From a bacterium (lineage in GTDB: Bacteria; Patescibacteriota; Minisyncoccia; Moranbacterales; UBA1568): DNA of 64,000 nt. The stretch is from the NCBI GenBank assembly GCA_021821305.1, contig JAKACP010000001.1:404349-468348 (forward strand), written 5' to 3'. Both the position numbers and the translations under genes were made by a program. Of the stretch, positions 40,620 to 50,087 are shown one piece after another. Position 1 is the first letter of the stretch. Each line of letters begins with the position of its first letter. A model generated the notes under the pieces. That model was not told the origin of the DNA. It saw only the letters and a list, made by a program, of their open reading frames with translations, and did not search any database.

Positions 40620-42098
40620 ATGCCTGTATCAAAACCGATGCGCGAAGATATCGTCACCGCGAAAGAAGAGAAACTGAACCGGCTCGAGGAGGCGGTCGGT
40701 TCCGCCTATCCGGAGAAAACGCCGCGGACCCATACGAACCAAGAGGCGCTCGACGCGTTCGACGCGCTTTCGGCTGACGGCGGCGAGGTTTCGCTCGTCG
40801 GGCGCGTGCGCTCGCTCCGCGTCATGGGCAAGATCGCCTTCGCCCATATCGAGGACGGGAGCGGAAAGATCCAGGTCTTCCTTTCCGAGGGCGAGATCGG
40901 CCATGACGCGTTCGCGCTTTTCTCCGACAATATCGAGAGCGGCGACTTCATCGCGGCGACCGGGACGATGTTTCTCACGAAGAAGGGCGAGAAGACGCTG
41001 TCCGCGAAATCCTGGAGCATCCTTTCCAAATCCATGCGCCCGATCCCGACCGAGTTCTACGGGCTCAAGGACGAGGAGGAGCTCCTGCGTCGGCGCTACC
41101 TCGACTTGCTCTCGAATACGGAGACTCGCGACCTGTTCCGAAAGAAGAACCGCTTCTGGCAGACGATCCGGCAGTTTCTCGCGGAACGGGATTTCCTCGA
41201 GGTGCAGACGCCGGTGCTCGAACATATCCCCGGCGGCGCCGAAGCGGAACCGTTCACGACGCATCACAACGCGCTCGATCAGGATTTCTATCTTCGCATC
41301 TCGCTCGAGCTCTCGCTCAAGCGTCTTCTCGTCGGCGGGTATGAGCGCGTATTCGAGATCGGTCGCGTGTTCCGCAACGAAGGCATCGACCGGGAGCACC
41401 TCCAGGAATTCGATCACATGGAGTTCTATTCGGCCTATACGGACCTCGGACAGGGGATGGCGATGGTCGAGGAGCTCTACCGCGCCGTCGCGGGAGCCGT
41501 GACGGATGGCGGCATGAAGACCTCGCACGAGGGCGACGTCGAGATCGATTGGGGGAAGCCGTTTCCGCGTGTCGACTATTTCACGGAATTCAGGAAGGAA
41601 ACGGACATCGACCTGTCGGCGGAGGTGACCGCCCTGGAGCTCAGGAAGAAGGCGGACGAGCTCGGCATCCGGTACGAGGCGTCCTACGGTCTCGGCAGGA
41701 TGATCGACACCCTCTACAAGAAAACGGTCCGACAGAAACTGATCGAGCCGTGTTTCCTCGTGGGGCATCCGATCGCCGTCTCGCCCCTGGCGAAGATCGA
41801 TCCCTCGGATCCGAAGAAGGCGCTCCGCATGCAGCCGGTCGCGCTCAAGAGCGAGCTCGGCAACGGCTTCGCGGAATTGAACGATCCGGCCGACCAGCGC
41901 CGCCGGTTCGAGGAACAGATGAAGCTCCGCGCCGCGGGCGACAAGGAAGGCATGATGCTCGACGAGGACTTCCTCGAAGCGCTCGAATACGGGATGCCGC
42001 CGGCGTTCGGGTTCGGTATGAGCGAGCGGCTCTTCGCCGTCCTCATGAACCGATCCGTCCGTGAGACGGTCATCTTTCCCCCGATGAAGGAACGGTAG
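40620..42098 (+). CDS. lysS: Lysine--tRNA ligase (class II)
   Basis: GGAEAEPFTTHHNAL, LRISLEL, FRNEGID and LEYGMPP motifs; start may be 40638. Confidence 0.96.
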   Translation: MPVSKPMREDIVTAKEEKLNRLEEAVGSAYPEKTPRTHTNQEALDAFDALSADGGEVSLVGRVRSLRVMGKIAFAHIEDGSGKIQVFLSEGEIGHDAFALFSDNIESGDFIAATGTMFLTKKGEKTLSAKSWSILSKSMRPIPTEFYGLKDEEELLRRRYLDLLSNTETRDLFRKKNRFWQTIRQFLAERDFLEVQTPVLEHIPGGAEAEPFTTHHNALDQDFYLRISLELSLKRLLVGGYERVFEIGRVFRNEGIDREHLQEFDHMEFYSAYTDLGQGMAMVEELYRAVAGAVTDGGMKTSHEGDVEIDWGKPFPRVDYFTEFRKETDIDLSAEVTALELRKKADELGIRYEASYGLGRMIDTLYKKTVRQKLIEPCFLVGHPIAVSPLAKIDPSDPKKALRMQPVALKSELGNGFAELNDPADQRRRFEEQMKLRAAGDKEGMMLDEDFLEALEYGMPPAFGFGMSERLFAVLMNRSVRETVIFPPMKER

Positions 42099-42167
42099 AT
42101 AGGAGAATCTGGACAAAGGGCGTATTTCAGGTAAGATGACTGTTAGCTGTTCCTTGGCAGTCGATTC

Positions 42168-42241
42168 GGTCGCATAGTTCAGTTGGTTAGAACGTTCGAT
42201 TCACATTCGAAAGGTCCCTGGTTCGAGTCCAGGTGCGACCA
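42168..42241 (+). tRNA. tRNA-Val (CAC)
   Basis: Acceptor stem GGTCGCA/TGCGACC; anticodon arm TTCGA-ttCACat-TCGAA; GTTCGA T loop; CCA not encoded. Confidence 0.93.
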
Positions 42242-42255
42242 CAAAAAAGAGGGTC

Positions 42256-42309
42256 AGTGGTTCCCCGCCCGACCAGAATGACTTCGGTCATTCGGGCGGG
42301 GAGTCCACT
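42256..42309. repeat. REP-like palindrome after the tRNA
   Basis: CCCCGCCC..GAATGAC-TTCG-GTCATTC-GGGCGGGG. Confidence 0.55.
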
Positions 42310-42349
42310 ATCATCCACCATATTCTCCGTTTCGGTTGTAGTAACGGGC

Positions 42350-43534
42350 ATGGAGAGACATATCCTCGATTCCACGAAAAAAATCGCCATTTTCGCGCTC
42401 ATAATTCTCGGAGCACTCGGTTTCGTGCTGTGGGAACGATCGGGAGATATCGAGGAACGGGTCGCTGCTCCAGCCGACATTCCGGTCAGCATCGGAGAGG
42501 AAGCGGCGCGCGAGGACGGAGCGGATGCCATGCAGGAGGCGGTTTCCGTCGTCGCCGAGAACCTCTCCGTTCCGTGGGAGGTCGCGTTCCTTCCCGATGG
42601 CGGCATGCTCGTCACCGAACGGCCGGGTACGATCAAGCGCATCGGGACGGACGGCGTCACGATCCCGATAGATGGAGTACGGCACACGGGCGAGGGCGGA
42701 CTCCTCGGGATGGCGCTTCACCCGCGCTTCGGGGAGAACGGATGGATCTATCTGTATCTCACGACCGCCGCGGATGGCGGCCTCACGAATCGCGTCGAGC
42801 GGTATCGGCTCGAGGGGAACGAGCTGAAAGAGCGCGCGCTCATCCTGGGCGGTATTCCGGGCGCCATGTACCACGACGGCGGACGGATCGCTTTCGGACC
42901 GGACGGGTATCTCTATATCGCGACGGGCGATGCGACACGGGAAAGTCTCGCGCAGGACAGGGCATCGCTTGCCGGGAAAATCCTGCGCATCCGTGACGAC
43001 GGCTCCGTTCCCGATGACAATCCCTTCGGTACGGCGGTGTATTCGTACGGGCATCGCAACGTCCAAGGACTCGCCTGGGACGAGTCCGGGAACCTCTGGG
43101 CGACGGAACATGGCCGCTCGGGTCTCCGCTCCGGCTACGATGAGCTGAACCGCATCGAAAAAGGCGGCAACTACGGGTGGCCGGACATCGAGGGCGACGA
43201 ACGGCGAGACGGCATGACGACGCCCGTCATCCATTCCGGAGCGACGACGACATGGGCACCTTCCGGCGCGGCGTACCTGAATGGAAGTATCTTCTTCTCG
43301 AGTCTCCGCGGCGAATCCCTCTATGAGGCGAGACTCGACGCCGATCGGAACGGTGTCCGGGAGCTTCGTGTCCATTTCAAGGGTGAGTACGGACGGATCC
43401 GCGCGGTCGTTGTCGGTCCGGACGGATATCTCTTCCTCTCGACCTCGAATACCGACGGGCGGGGAAACCCCGGGACTGGAGACGACAGGATCCTGAAGGT
43501 GAACCCGGAAGAGGTATCGTCGCTTCAGCGGTGA
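42350..43534 (+). CDS. PQQ-dependent sugar dehydrogenase (GSDH beta-propeller family)
   Basis: GEGGLLGMALHP, HDGGRIAFGPDG, YGHRNVQG and GGNYGWP motifs. Confidence 0.92.
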   Translation: MERHILDSTKKIAIFALIILGALGFVLWERSGDIEERVAAPADIPVSIGEEAAREDGADAMQEAVSVVAENLSVPWEVAFLPDGGMLVTERPGTIKRIGTDGVTIPIDGVRHTGEGGLLGMALHPRFGENGWIYLYLTTAADGGLTNRVERYRLEGNELKERALILGGIPGAMYHDGGRIAFGPDGYLYIATGDATRESLAQDRASLAGKILRIRDDGSVPDDNPFGTAVYSYGHRNVQGLAWDESGNLWATEHGRSGLRSGYDELNRIEKGGNYGWPDIEGDERRDGMTTPVIHSGATTTWAPSGAAYLNGSIFFSSLRGESLYEARLDADRNGVRELRVHFKGEYGRIRAVVVGPDGYLFLSTSNTDGRGNPGTGDDRILKVNPEEVSSLQR

Positions 43535-43617
43535 TGCTTTTTGCTTTTTTCAGGCGGAAGTTATAAGCTAAGAGCTGTATTCCGTATCTAAAAGCTCTAA
43601 GCCAGCCAGCTACCCTT

Positions 43618-44943
43618 ATGCTCGATATCCGATTCATCCGCGAGAATGAAGATGCCGTGAGAGAGGCGATCAGGAACAAGAACCTTGCTCTCGATCTCGA
43701 CCGACTGTTCGCCGCCGACCAGGATCGCCTGACGCTTTCCCGCGAGCTTGAGGACCTCCGATCGGAAAAGAACGGTATCAATACCTTGATCCAGAACGCG
43801 AAGGACGACGCCGAGCGCGCCTCCGCGATCGCGAAAGGCAAGGACATCAAGGCGAGCATCGACACGCTCGAACCGCGGGTCCGCGAAGCCAAGCTTGCCT
43901 TCGAAGAGCTGATGGCCGAGGTGCCGAACATCGTCTCGCCGGATACGCCGGTCGGGAAGAGCGATGCGGACAATGTCGAAGTAGCGCGCGTTGGTAAATT
44001 GCCTGACTTTTCCTTTGTACCAAAGAATCATATCGAGCTCGGCACATCGCTCGACATTCTCGATCTCGAGCGCGGCGCCAAGGTCGGGGGGTTCCGCGGC
44101 TACTACCTCAAGAACGAGGGCGCGCTCCTCGCGCTCGGCGCCATGATGTACGCTCTGCACAAGCTGACGGACCGGGGCTATATCCCGATGATTCCGCCGA
44201 CCCTGGTCAAGGCATTCCCGCTTTTCGGGAGCGGATATTTCAAGGGGCTCGAATACGACGGGTCCGTCGACGAGATCTATCAGGTGGCGACCTCCGACAA
44301 GGAAGCCGACGGCAGCGCGTCGAAGGAGCAGAAATTCCTTGTCGGGACCGCGGAGCCGTCGCTCCTCGCGTATCATGCCGACGAGGTGCTCGACGGCAAC
44401 ACGCTTCCCTTGCGCTATGCCGGATTCAGCCAGTGCTATCGGAGCGAGATCGGTTCCTACGGCAAGGACACCAAGGGGATCTACCGCGTACACGAGTTCA
44501 TGAAGGTGGAGCAGGTCGTGCTCGTCCCGGCCGATATCGAGGCGGCGAACGCCGTCCAAGATGACATGATCGCGATCTCCGAGGAACTGCACCGCGATCT
44601 CGGGTTGCCGTACCGCAAGCTCCGGATCTCGACGGGGGACATGAGCGCCGGGAAGTATCGCGCGTTCGATCTCGAGGCGTGGATGCCGGGGCTCGGCCGC
44701 TACGGGGAGACCGGATCCGCGTCCAATTTCCTCGACTGGCAGGCGCGCCGGCTCAACGTGAAGTATACCGACGCGGAAACGGGGGAGAAACGGCATGTCT
44801 ATATGGTGAACAACACCGCGCTCGCCTCCGCGCGTACCGTCATCGCGATCCTCGAGAACCATCAAGAGGAGGATGGCTCGGTCGTCGTCCCGGAAGTCCT
44901 CCGTCCGTATGTCGGCAAGGAGCGGATCATACCGAAAGGGTAG
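43618..44943 (+). CDS. serS: Serine--tRNA ligase
   Basis: MLDIRFIREN, LVGTAE, YRSEIG..KDTKGIYRVHEF and NNTALA motifs. Confidence 0.97.
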   Translation: MLDIRFIRENEDAVREAIRNKNLALDLDRLFAADQDRLTLSRELEDLRSEKNGINTLIQNAKDDAERASAIAKGKDIKASIDTLEPRVREAKLAFEELMAEVPNIVSPDTPVGKSDADNVEVARVGKLPDFSFVPKNHIELGTSLDILDLERGAKVGGFRGYYLKNEGALLALGAMMYALHKLTDRGYIPMIPPTLVKAFPLFGSGYFKGLEYDGSVDEIYQVATSDKEADGSASKEQKFLVGTAEPSLLAYHADEVLDGNTLPLRYAGFSQCYRSEIGSYGKDTKGIYRVHEFMKVEQVVLVPADIEAANAVQDDMIAISEELHRDLGLPYRKLRISTGDMSAGKYRAFDLEAWMPGLGRYGETGSASNFLDWQARRLNVKYTDAETGEKRHVYMVNNTALASARTVIAILENHQEEDGSVVVPEVLRPYVGKERIIPKG

Positions 44944-45026
44944 GGGATAGGAATTCCACGGGAGGAAGGGATTGATTTTCTTTCCTTTCTGTTGTTTACT
45001 GTTAAATACTGTCTGTTATCGCGAAT

Positions 45027-45099
45027 GGGTGCGTAGCTCAGTTGGTAGAGCAGTGGCCTTTTAAGCCAACGGTCGAGGGTTCGAGCCCCCCCGCACCCA
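45027..45099 (+). tRNA. tRNA-Lys (TTT)
   Basis: Acceptor stem GGGTGCG/CGCACCC; anticodon loop CTTTTAA; GTTCGA T loop. Confidence 0.93.
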
Positions 45100-45106
45100 C
45101 ACATGG

Positions 45107-45134
45107 ACCCGCCTCAGGCGGGTTTTTTGTTTTT
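45107..45134 (+). terminator. Intrinsic terminator after tRNA-Lys
   Basis: ACCCGCC-tca-GGCGGGT plus T tract. Confidence 0.75.
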
Positions 45135-45174
45135 CCCGGGGCTTTTTGCTATACTCGGGGAAAATAGTATGCCT

Positions 45175-46383
45175 ATGAAAAAACTCCTCGTGCTCGTGCC
45201 GATGGCCGCCGTCTTCCTGTCAGGGTGTTCGCTTCCGACGGCGCAGAAGCCGAAAGACGCTCCTGCGGGACCGGAGGTTCCCGGCGGATTCTCCGCCAAG
45301 ATAGAGAAGGGAAGCCTGTGGAAAACGAGCGATAGCGGGCAGACCTTCGAGGTGAAGTCGCAGGTCAATGAGACGACCCGCATCGAACAGGCGGATATCC
45401 TCTCCATCGCGTACCATCCGAAGAAACCGGCTACGATATATGTCAGTACCGTCGACCACGGCATACTGAAGACGGAGGACGGAGGCGAGCGATGGGAACA
45501 GATCCCGTTCCCGCCGAAGCGTATCTACAGTTTCATCCTCGATCGTAACGATCCGGACAACCGCATGTTCGCGTCCGGTGTGCTCGGCGAGTGGAGCAAG
45601 ATATTCCGAACGGAGGACGGGGGCAAGAATTGGAGCGAGGTCTACACCGAACCGGGACAGAAAACCGTCATCACCGCGCTCTCCCAGCATTTCCGCGACA
45701 TGAACATCATCTTCGCGGGGACCTCGGCCGGCACCATCATCAAAAGCGTCGACGGTGGCGAGACCTGGAAGAACATCGGGAACAAGGTGGACGGGGCCGC
45801 CACGGACATCGTCTTCGATTCGACGAGACCGCTCGTGACTTATCTCCTCATGACCGGGCGGAAGCTCTACTATTCGCCGGACGGCGGCAAGAGCTGGCTC
45901 GACTGGGAAGAGGAGAAGAAAAAGGAAGTGCAGGTGCTCCAGGACAGGGCATCGCAACTCACGAAGGACGGGAACAAGGATCGCTCGGATGCTGTCCGCA
46001 AGCAGGCCCAGGACCTGAGCAAGCGGAACCAGGAAAACCGGGTGCCGAGCGGTATCATATCCATCGCGGCCGACCCGACCCGATCCGGAACCATATACGC
46101 CGGGACGAGCAGAGGGCTCTACCGGAGCCCTGATTACGGGAAATACTGGTACGAGCTCAATATCATCGAGAGCGCGAAGAAGTTCCCGATCCGCTCGATC
46201 GCCATCGATCCGAAGAACTCCCAGGAAATCGTCTTCGTCGCCGGCAAGGCGTTCTATCGATCGGTGAACGGCGGCGATACCTGGGCGGTTACGGGTCTCA
46301 ATGTCGATCGCGACGCGTCGTTCGTCTCGTACGACCCGTTCGACTCCAAATACCTCTTCCTCGGACTCCGGAATTTCAAGTGA
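45175..46383 (+). CDS. Lipoprotein with BNR/Asp-box repeats (YCF48/sortilin-like beta-propeller)
   Basis: Lipobox LSG|C; repeated [ST]xDGGxxW motifs. Confidence 0.85.
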   Translation: MKKLLVLVPMAAVFLSGCSLPTAQKPKDAPAGPEVPGGFSAKIEKGSLWKTSDSGQTFEVKSQVNETTRIEQADILSIAYHPKKPATIYVSTVDHGILKTEDGGERWEQIPFPPKRIYSFILDRNDPDNRMFASGVLGEWSKIFRTEDGGKNWSEVYTEPGQKTVITALSQHFRDMNIIFAGTSAGTIIKSVDGGETWKNIGNKVDGAATDIVFDSTRPLVTYLLMTGRKLYYSPDGGKSWLDWEEEKKKEVQVLQDRASQLTKDGNKDRSDAVRKQAQDLSKRNQENRVPSGIISIAADPTRSGTIYAGTSRGLYRSPDYGKYWYELNIIESAKKFPIRSIAIDPKNSQEIVFVAGKAFYRSVNGGDTWAVTGLNVDRDASFVSYDPFDSKYLFLGLRNFK

Positions 46384-46403
46384 CAACCATTTATCGAACG
46401 AAT

Positions 46404-46964
46404 ATGAGCATACAGGAAATACTTTCATCCAAGACGGGCGCTTTTCGTGCCGCTCTCGAACACTTCGAGACGGAGGCGGCCAAGATCCGGACCGGACGGG
46501 CGAACCCGTCCATCGTCGAGGATCTCCTTGTCGACTACTACGGTTCCAAGACGCCGCTCAAGCAGATGGCGAGCATCACGGTGCCCGAGGCCCGCATGCT
46601 TGTCATACAGCCCTGGGACCAGGGAAGCCTGCCGGCCGTGGCGGACGCCATACGGAGTTCGGATCTCGGATTGAATCCGGCGGACGACGGACACGTCATA
46701 CGTCTCTCGCTTCCGATGCTCACCGAGGATCGCCGGAAGGAACTCGCCAAGGTACTCAATGCCCGGGCCGAAGAAGCGCGCGTATCGATCCGGACCGTCC
46801 GTGAGGACGCCTGGAAGGATATCCAGGAACTCGAGAAGGAGGGCCTGATCGGGGAGGACGAGAAATTCCGGGGCAAGGACGATCTCCAGAAGGAAGTCGA
46901 TGGCTGGAACGCCAAGCTCGACGCGGCTCGAAAGAGGAAAGAAGAAGAGATTCTAACTGTCTAG
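46404..46964 (+). CDS. frr: Ribosome recycling factor
   Basis: IRTGRANP, IQPWD, LGLNP and LTEDRRKEL motifs. Confidence 0.97.
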   Translation: MSIQEILSSKTGAFRAALEHFETEAAKIRTGRANPSIVEDLLVDYYGSKTPLKQMASITVPEARMLVIQPWDQGSLPAVADAIRSSDLGLNPADDGHVIRLSLPMLTEDRRKELAKVLNARAEEARVSIRTVREDAWKDIQELEKEGLIGEDEKFRGKDDLQKEVDGWNAKLDAARKRKEEEILTV

Positions 46965-46978
46965 GCATACACTCATCT

Positions 46979-48133
46979 ATGACACTCCTGACGATTCTCC
47001 TGTTTTTCCTTCTGCTCGGACTGCTCGTGTTCGTGCATGAGATGGGTCATTTCCTGACCGCGATCCGAAACGGCATCAAGGCCGAGGAGTTCGGTTTCGG
47101 TTTTCCGCCGCGTCTCGTGGGGGCCGTGAAGGATGATACGAGCGGAAAGTGGAAGGTGGTCTGGGGGAACAGGCACGTCCACGGCAAGAACACGGTCTAC
47201 TCCTTCAACTGGATCCCGTTCGGCGGGTTCGTCCGGATCAAAGGAGAGGACAGTAACTCGATCACCGCGCCGGACAGCTTCGCGGGCAAGCCGGCCTGGA
47301 CGCGCATCAAGGTGCTCGGCGCCGGCGTATTCATGAACTTCGCGCTCGCCTGGGTACTCCTTTCCATCGTGCTCATGCTCGGATTCCCACAGCCGGTGAC
47401 GGACGAGAACCGCGCCTTGGTCGACCGGGTGGATATCCAGATACTCTCGGTCGCCAAGGATTCTCCCGCGGAGACCATGGGTATCAAACCCGGCGACCGG
47501 GTATTGTCCGTTGACGGTGTCGCCATGACGGATCTGGAGCAGGTCCAAGCGGCGATCCAGGACAAACGGGGGACCGAAATCTCGATGACGATCGACCGTT
47601 TCGGCGAGATGCTCACGCTCTCCGGCACGCCCCGCCTCGCCACTCCCGAAAACGAGGGAGCACTCGGTATTTCCTTCGCGGAAACGGCCATCATCGGTTA
47701 TGCCTGGTACGAGGCGCCGATACGCGGAGCGCAGGCGACCTATCATACGACCGGTGCGATTCTCGGCGCGCTCGGCAACATCGTGAAAAACGTCTTCATC
47801 GGCGAGAAGGCGGGAGTCGACGTGACCGGTCCGGTCGGCATCGTCGTCATGACCAAACAGATGAGCGATCTCGGCATCCCGTATCTCCTCCAGTTCGCCG
47901 CCATCCTCTCCATCAACCTCGGTATCTTCAATATCCTTCCGTTTCCGGGACTCGACGGCGGCCGTATCCTCTTCATCCTCATCGAGAAGATCAAGGGCTC
48001 TCCGGTCAAGGAAACGGTGGAACAGTGGGCGCATACGGTGGGGTTCTTGCTTCTCCTCCTTCTCATGATCTTCGTGACGATCAAGGACGTGGCCGACCTC
48101 AAGCTTCTCGAGAAGATCGGCAATCTGTTCTAA
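46979..48133 (+). CDS. rseP: RIP metalloprotease (M50) with PDZ domain
   Basis: HEMGH, GPVGI and NILPFPGLDGG motifs. Confidence 0.94.
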   Translation: MTLLTILLFFLLLGLLVFVHEMGHFLTAIRNGIKAEEFGFGFPPRLVGAVKDDTSGKWKVVWGNRHVHGKNTVYSFNWIPFGGFVRIKGEDSNSITAPDSFAGKPAWTRIKVLGAGVFMNFALAWVLLSIVLMLGFPQPVTDENRALVDRVDIQILSVAKDSPAETMGIKPGDRVLSVDGVAMTDLEQVQAAIQDKRGTEISMTIDRFGEMLTLSGTPRLATPENEGALGISFAETAIIGYAWYEAPIRGAQATYHTTGAILGALGNIVKNVFIGEKAGVDVTGPVGIVVMTKQMSDLGIPYLLQFAAILSINLGIFNILPFPGLDGGRILFILIEKIKGSPVKETVEQWAHTVGFLLLLLLMIFVTIKDVADLKLLEKIGNLF

Positions 48134-48350
48134 GGCTCATTCAGCTTATCTTTTTCCGATTCGTCCCGGATCTTCCTTTTCGCGGTACGCGGTTTTCCTG
48201 CTGAAAAATCTCTCGATGATGCCGCCGGCCGCGGCATCAGTGCCCGCGAAAAGAAAATCCGAGCCGAATATCGGAGCGGGAGCTCTTTTTGTCGAGCCCT
48301 TCAGCTGTTTGTTCAAAAACTCCTTTTATCGGGGGTTTTCTTTCGTACTC

Positions 48351-48379
48351 TTGACAATTCTTGATTTTTTTGCTATGAT
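48351..48379 (+). promoter_or_regulatory. Sigma70 promoter
   Basis: TTGACA-17 bp-TATGAT with extended -10 TG. Confidence 0.7.
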
Positions 48380-48427
48380 ATCGGGTCGAAATGGTGGCAT
48401 GTCATTAATCGAGGGAATCTCATTCTT

Positions 48428-49069
48428 ATGGCAAACGTCTCTTTTTTCAGCGTTCTTCGGCGGAATGCCGGCAGTATCGCTTTTATCGGTATTTTGGCGA
48501 GCGCGCTCGGGATGGCATTCGTGTTTTTGTCAGGCGCCGATTACGAGGTCAGGACGGACTACCTCGTGAGTCAGGAGGGCGTCGAATCGAAAGACTACTA
48601 CACGGTGGCCCGCTCCGCCGAATACATGGGCAAAATCCTCGGCGAGGTCATGTACAGCGAGAAATTCATGAATGCCTCGCTCGAGACCGGCAAGATGAGC
48701 CAGGATTTCTTTCCGGCGGGAAAACAGGATCGGCTGAGGGCATGGAGCTCCGCCGTGAAGGTGGAGAAGCAGCTCGACTTGGGTATCCTCTCCGTCACCG
48801 TTCTGCATGACAATGACCGCGAAGCGATGCGGGTCTCCCAGGCGGTCTCCCAGGTGCTGATCGAGAAGAACAATCTCTTCCTCGGCACGGGTGAGAAGCC
48901 GGTGCCCGTCTCGATCCTCTCCGGTCCGATCGTGGAGCGGAACCCGAGCATGAAGGAAGTGCTCGCGGCGGTCTTCGGAGGGTTTTTCTTCGGAGTACTG
49001 ATCGCTTCGGTCCTGTTCTTCCTCAAGCAGGAGGTGTTCCGAAAGGAATTGAAACCATACGGAGTCTGA
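48428..49069 (+). CDS. Wzz/CapA-like two-TM protein
   Basis: N- and C-terminal TM helices, DYY..ARSAEY motif, Pro before the last TM. Confidence 0.65.
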   Translation: MANVSFFSVLRRNAGSIAFIGILASALGMAFVFLSGADYEVRTDYLVSQEGVESKDYYTVARSAEYMGKILGEVMYSEKFMNASLETGKMSQDFFPAGKQDRLRAWSSAVKVEKQLDLGILSVTVLHDNDREAMRVSQAVSQVLIEKNNLFLGTGEKPVPVSILSGPIVERNPSMKEVLAAVFGGFFFGVLIASVLFFLKQEVFRKELKPYGV

Positions 49070-49190
49070 CCGATCTTCCTCATCCGGAGGAACGTGATTC
49101 TTCCGGAAAAGGAGAACCGGTCGGCATGACGAAGGTCATGCGCGGTCTCTCGCACATTTACAATTTTTTGCTATCAAAAGGAGATCTACC

Positions 49191-50087
49191 ATGTCGAAAA
49201 TCGGATGGAACGTATTGTTCGTCGCACTGCTCGTTACGGGCTGCGCGACGGCGCCGAATGCCATCCGGTTGACGGATGGTGAAGGCAAAGAGGCGAAGGT
49301 GGTCCGCTCCATGGGTATCGATCCGGTGATGTTCTCCGGATTGCCGTGGACGGATGCCCTCAAGAACGGGAACTTCGTGACCGTGCTCGGAGTGTTCCCC
49401 GGGACTCCCGAAAGCTACGCCGAATGGGATCCGCTTCGGATCCGCTACCAGGCGCATGCAGTCGGGGCTTCCGGACGGGAATATGCCGCCTACGCGGTGT
49501 TCGCCGGCTTCATCAACTGTGTCCCGCGCTACTTCGTCGTCGTCGAAGGCTTGCAAGAGCCCTTGGCGGATGTGAAGGCGATCACGCTTTCCACGCTTCT
49601 CACCCGCGCATACGATCTGCAGGGGAAAGAGGTGAAAGTCGATGCCGCGAAGCTGCAAAACAGCGCCGCGTATCGGAGGGAACTGATCGAGCGTGAAGGA
49701 ACGTCGCTTGCGGCGGTCCGCCCGATACAGGGGATGCAGCGTGCGTTCGACGGCTGGAGCGTGTATGACACGAAATCCGGTCGGATCGCGACGCCGCTCG
49801 ACGAGGCCAAGGTCAAGTACCTGTCCGGCATCAATCCCCAGTATTCGTATTGGGAAAAAGTGACCGGATCCGCCAGAGCATCGGTGAGTCCCGATTACGT
49901 GTCGACCTCGGTCGGTATCGTATTCGATCTCATCGCCGCCACGAAGGTGAAGGCGCAGGGATTCGACTATGAATCCGTGATGTCCCGCAGCCAGCAAGGG
50001 TACAACCTGGCAGTCTTGGAAGCCCTGCGTCAAGCGGGGGAGAAGAGCTGTCGCATCGCTGAAATGAAGGAGAGGAGTCGACCATGA
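49191..50087 (+). CDS. Orphan lipoprotein
   Basis: SD AAGGAG; lipobox LVTG|C; ATGA overlap with the next gene. Confidence 0.8.
   Translation: MSKIGWNVLFVALLVTGCATAPNAIRLTDGEGKEAKVVRSMGIDPVMFSGLPWTDALKNGNFVTVLGVFPGTPESYAEWDPLRIRYQAHAVGASGREYAAYAVFAGFINCVPRYFVVVEGLQEPLADVKAITLSTLLTRAYDLQGKEVKVDAAKLQNSAAYRRELIEREGTSLAAVRPIQGMQRAFDGWSVYDTKSGRIATPLDEAKVKYLSGINPQYSYWEKVTGSARASVSPDYVSTSVGIVFDLIAATKVKAQGFDYESVMSRSQQGYNLAVLEALRQAGEKSCRIAEMKERSRP

Noticed and set aside
42168-45099. tRNAs as integration sites for an island or prophage
   Set aside because: No duplicated tRNA 3' end, integrase or phage genes were seen in the window.
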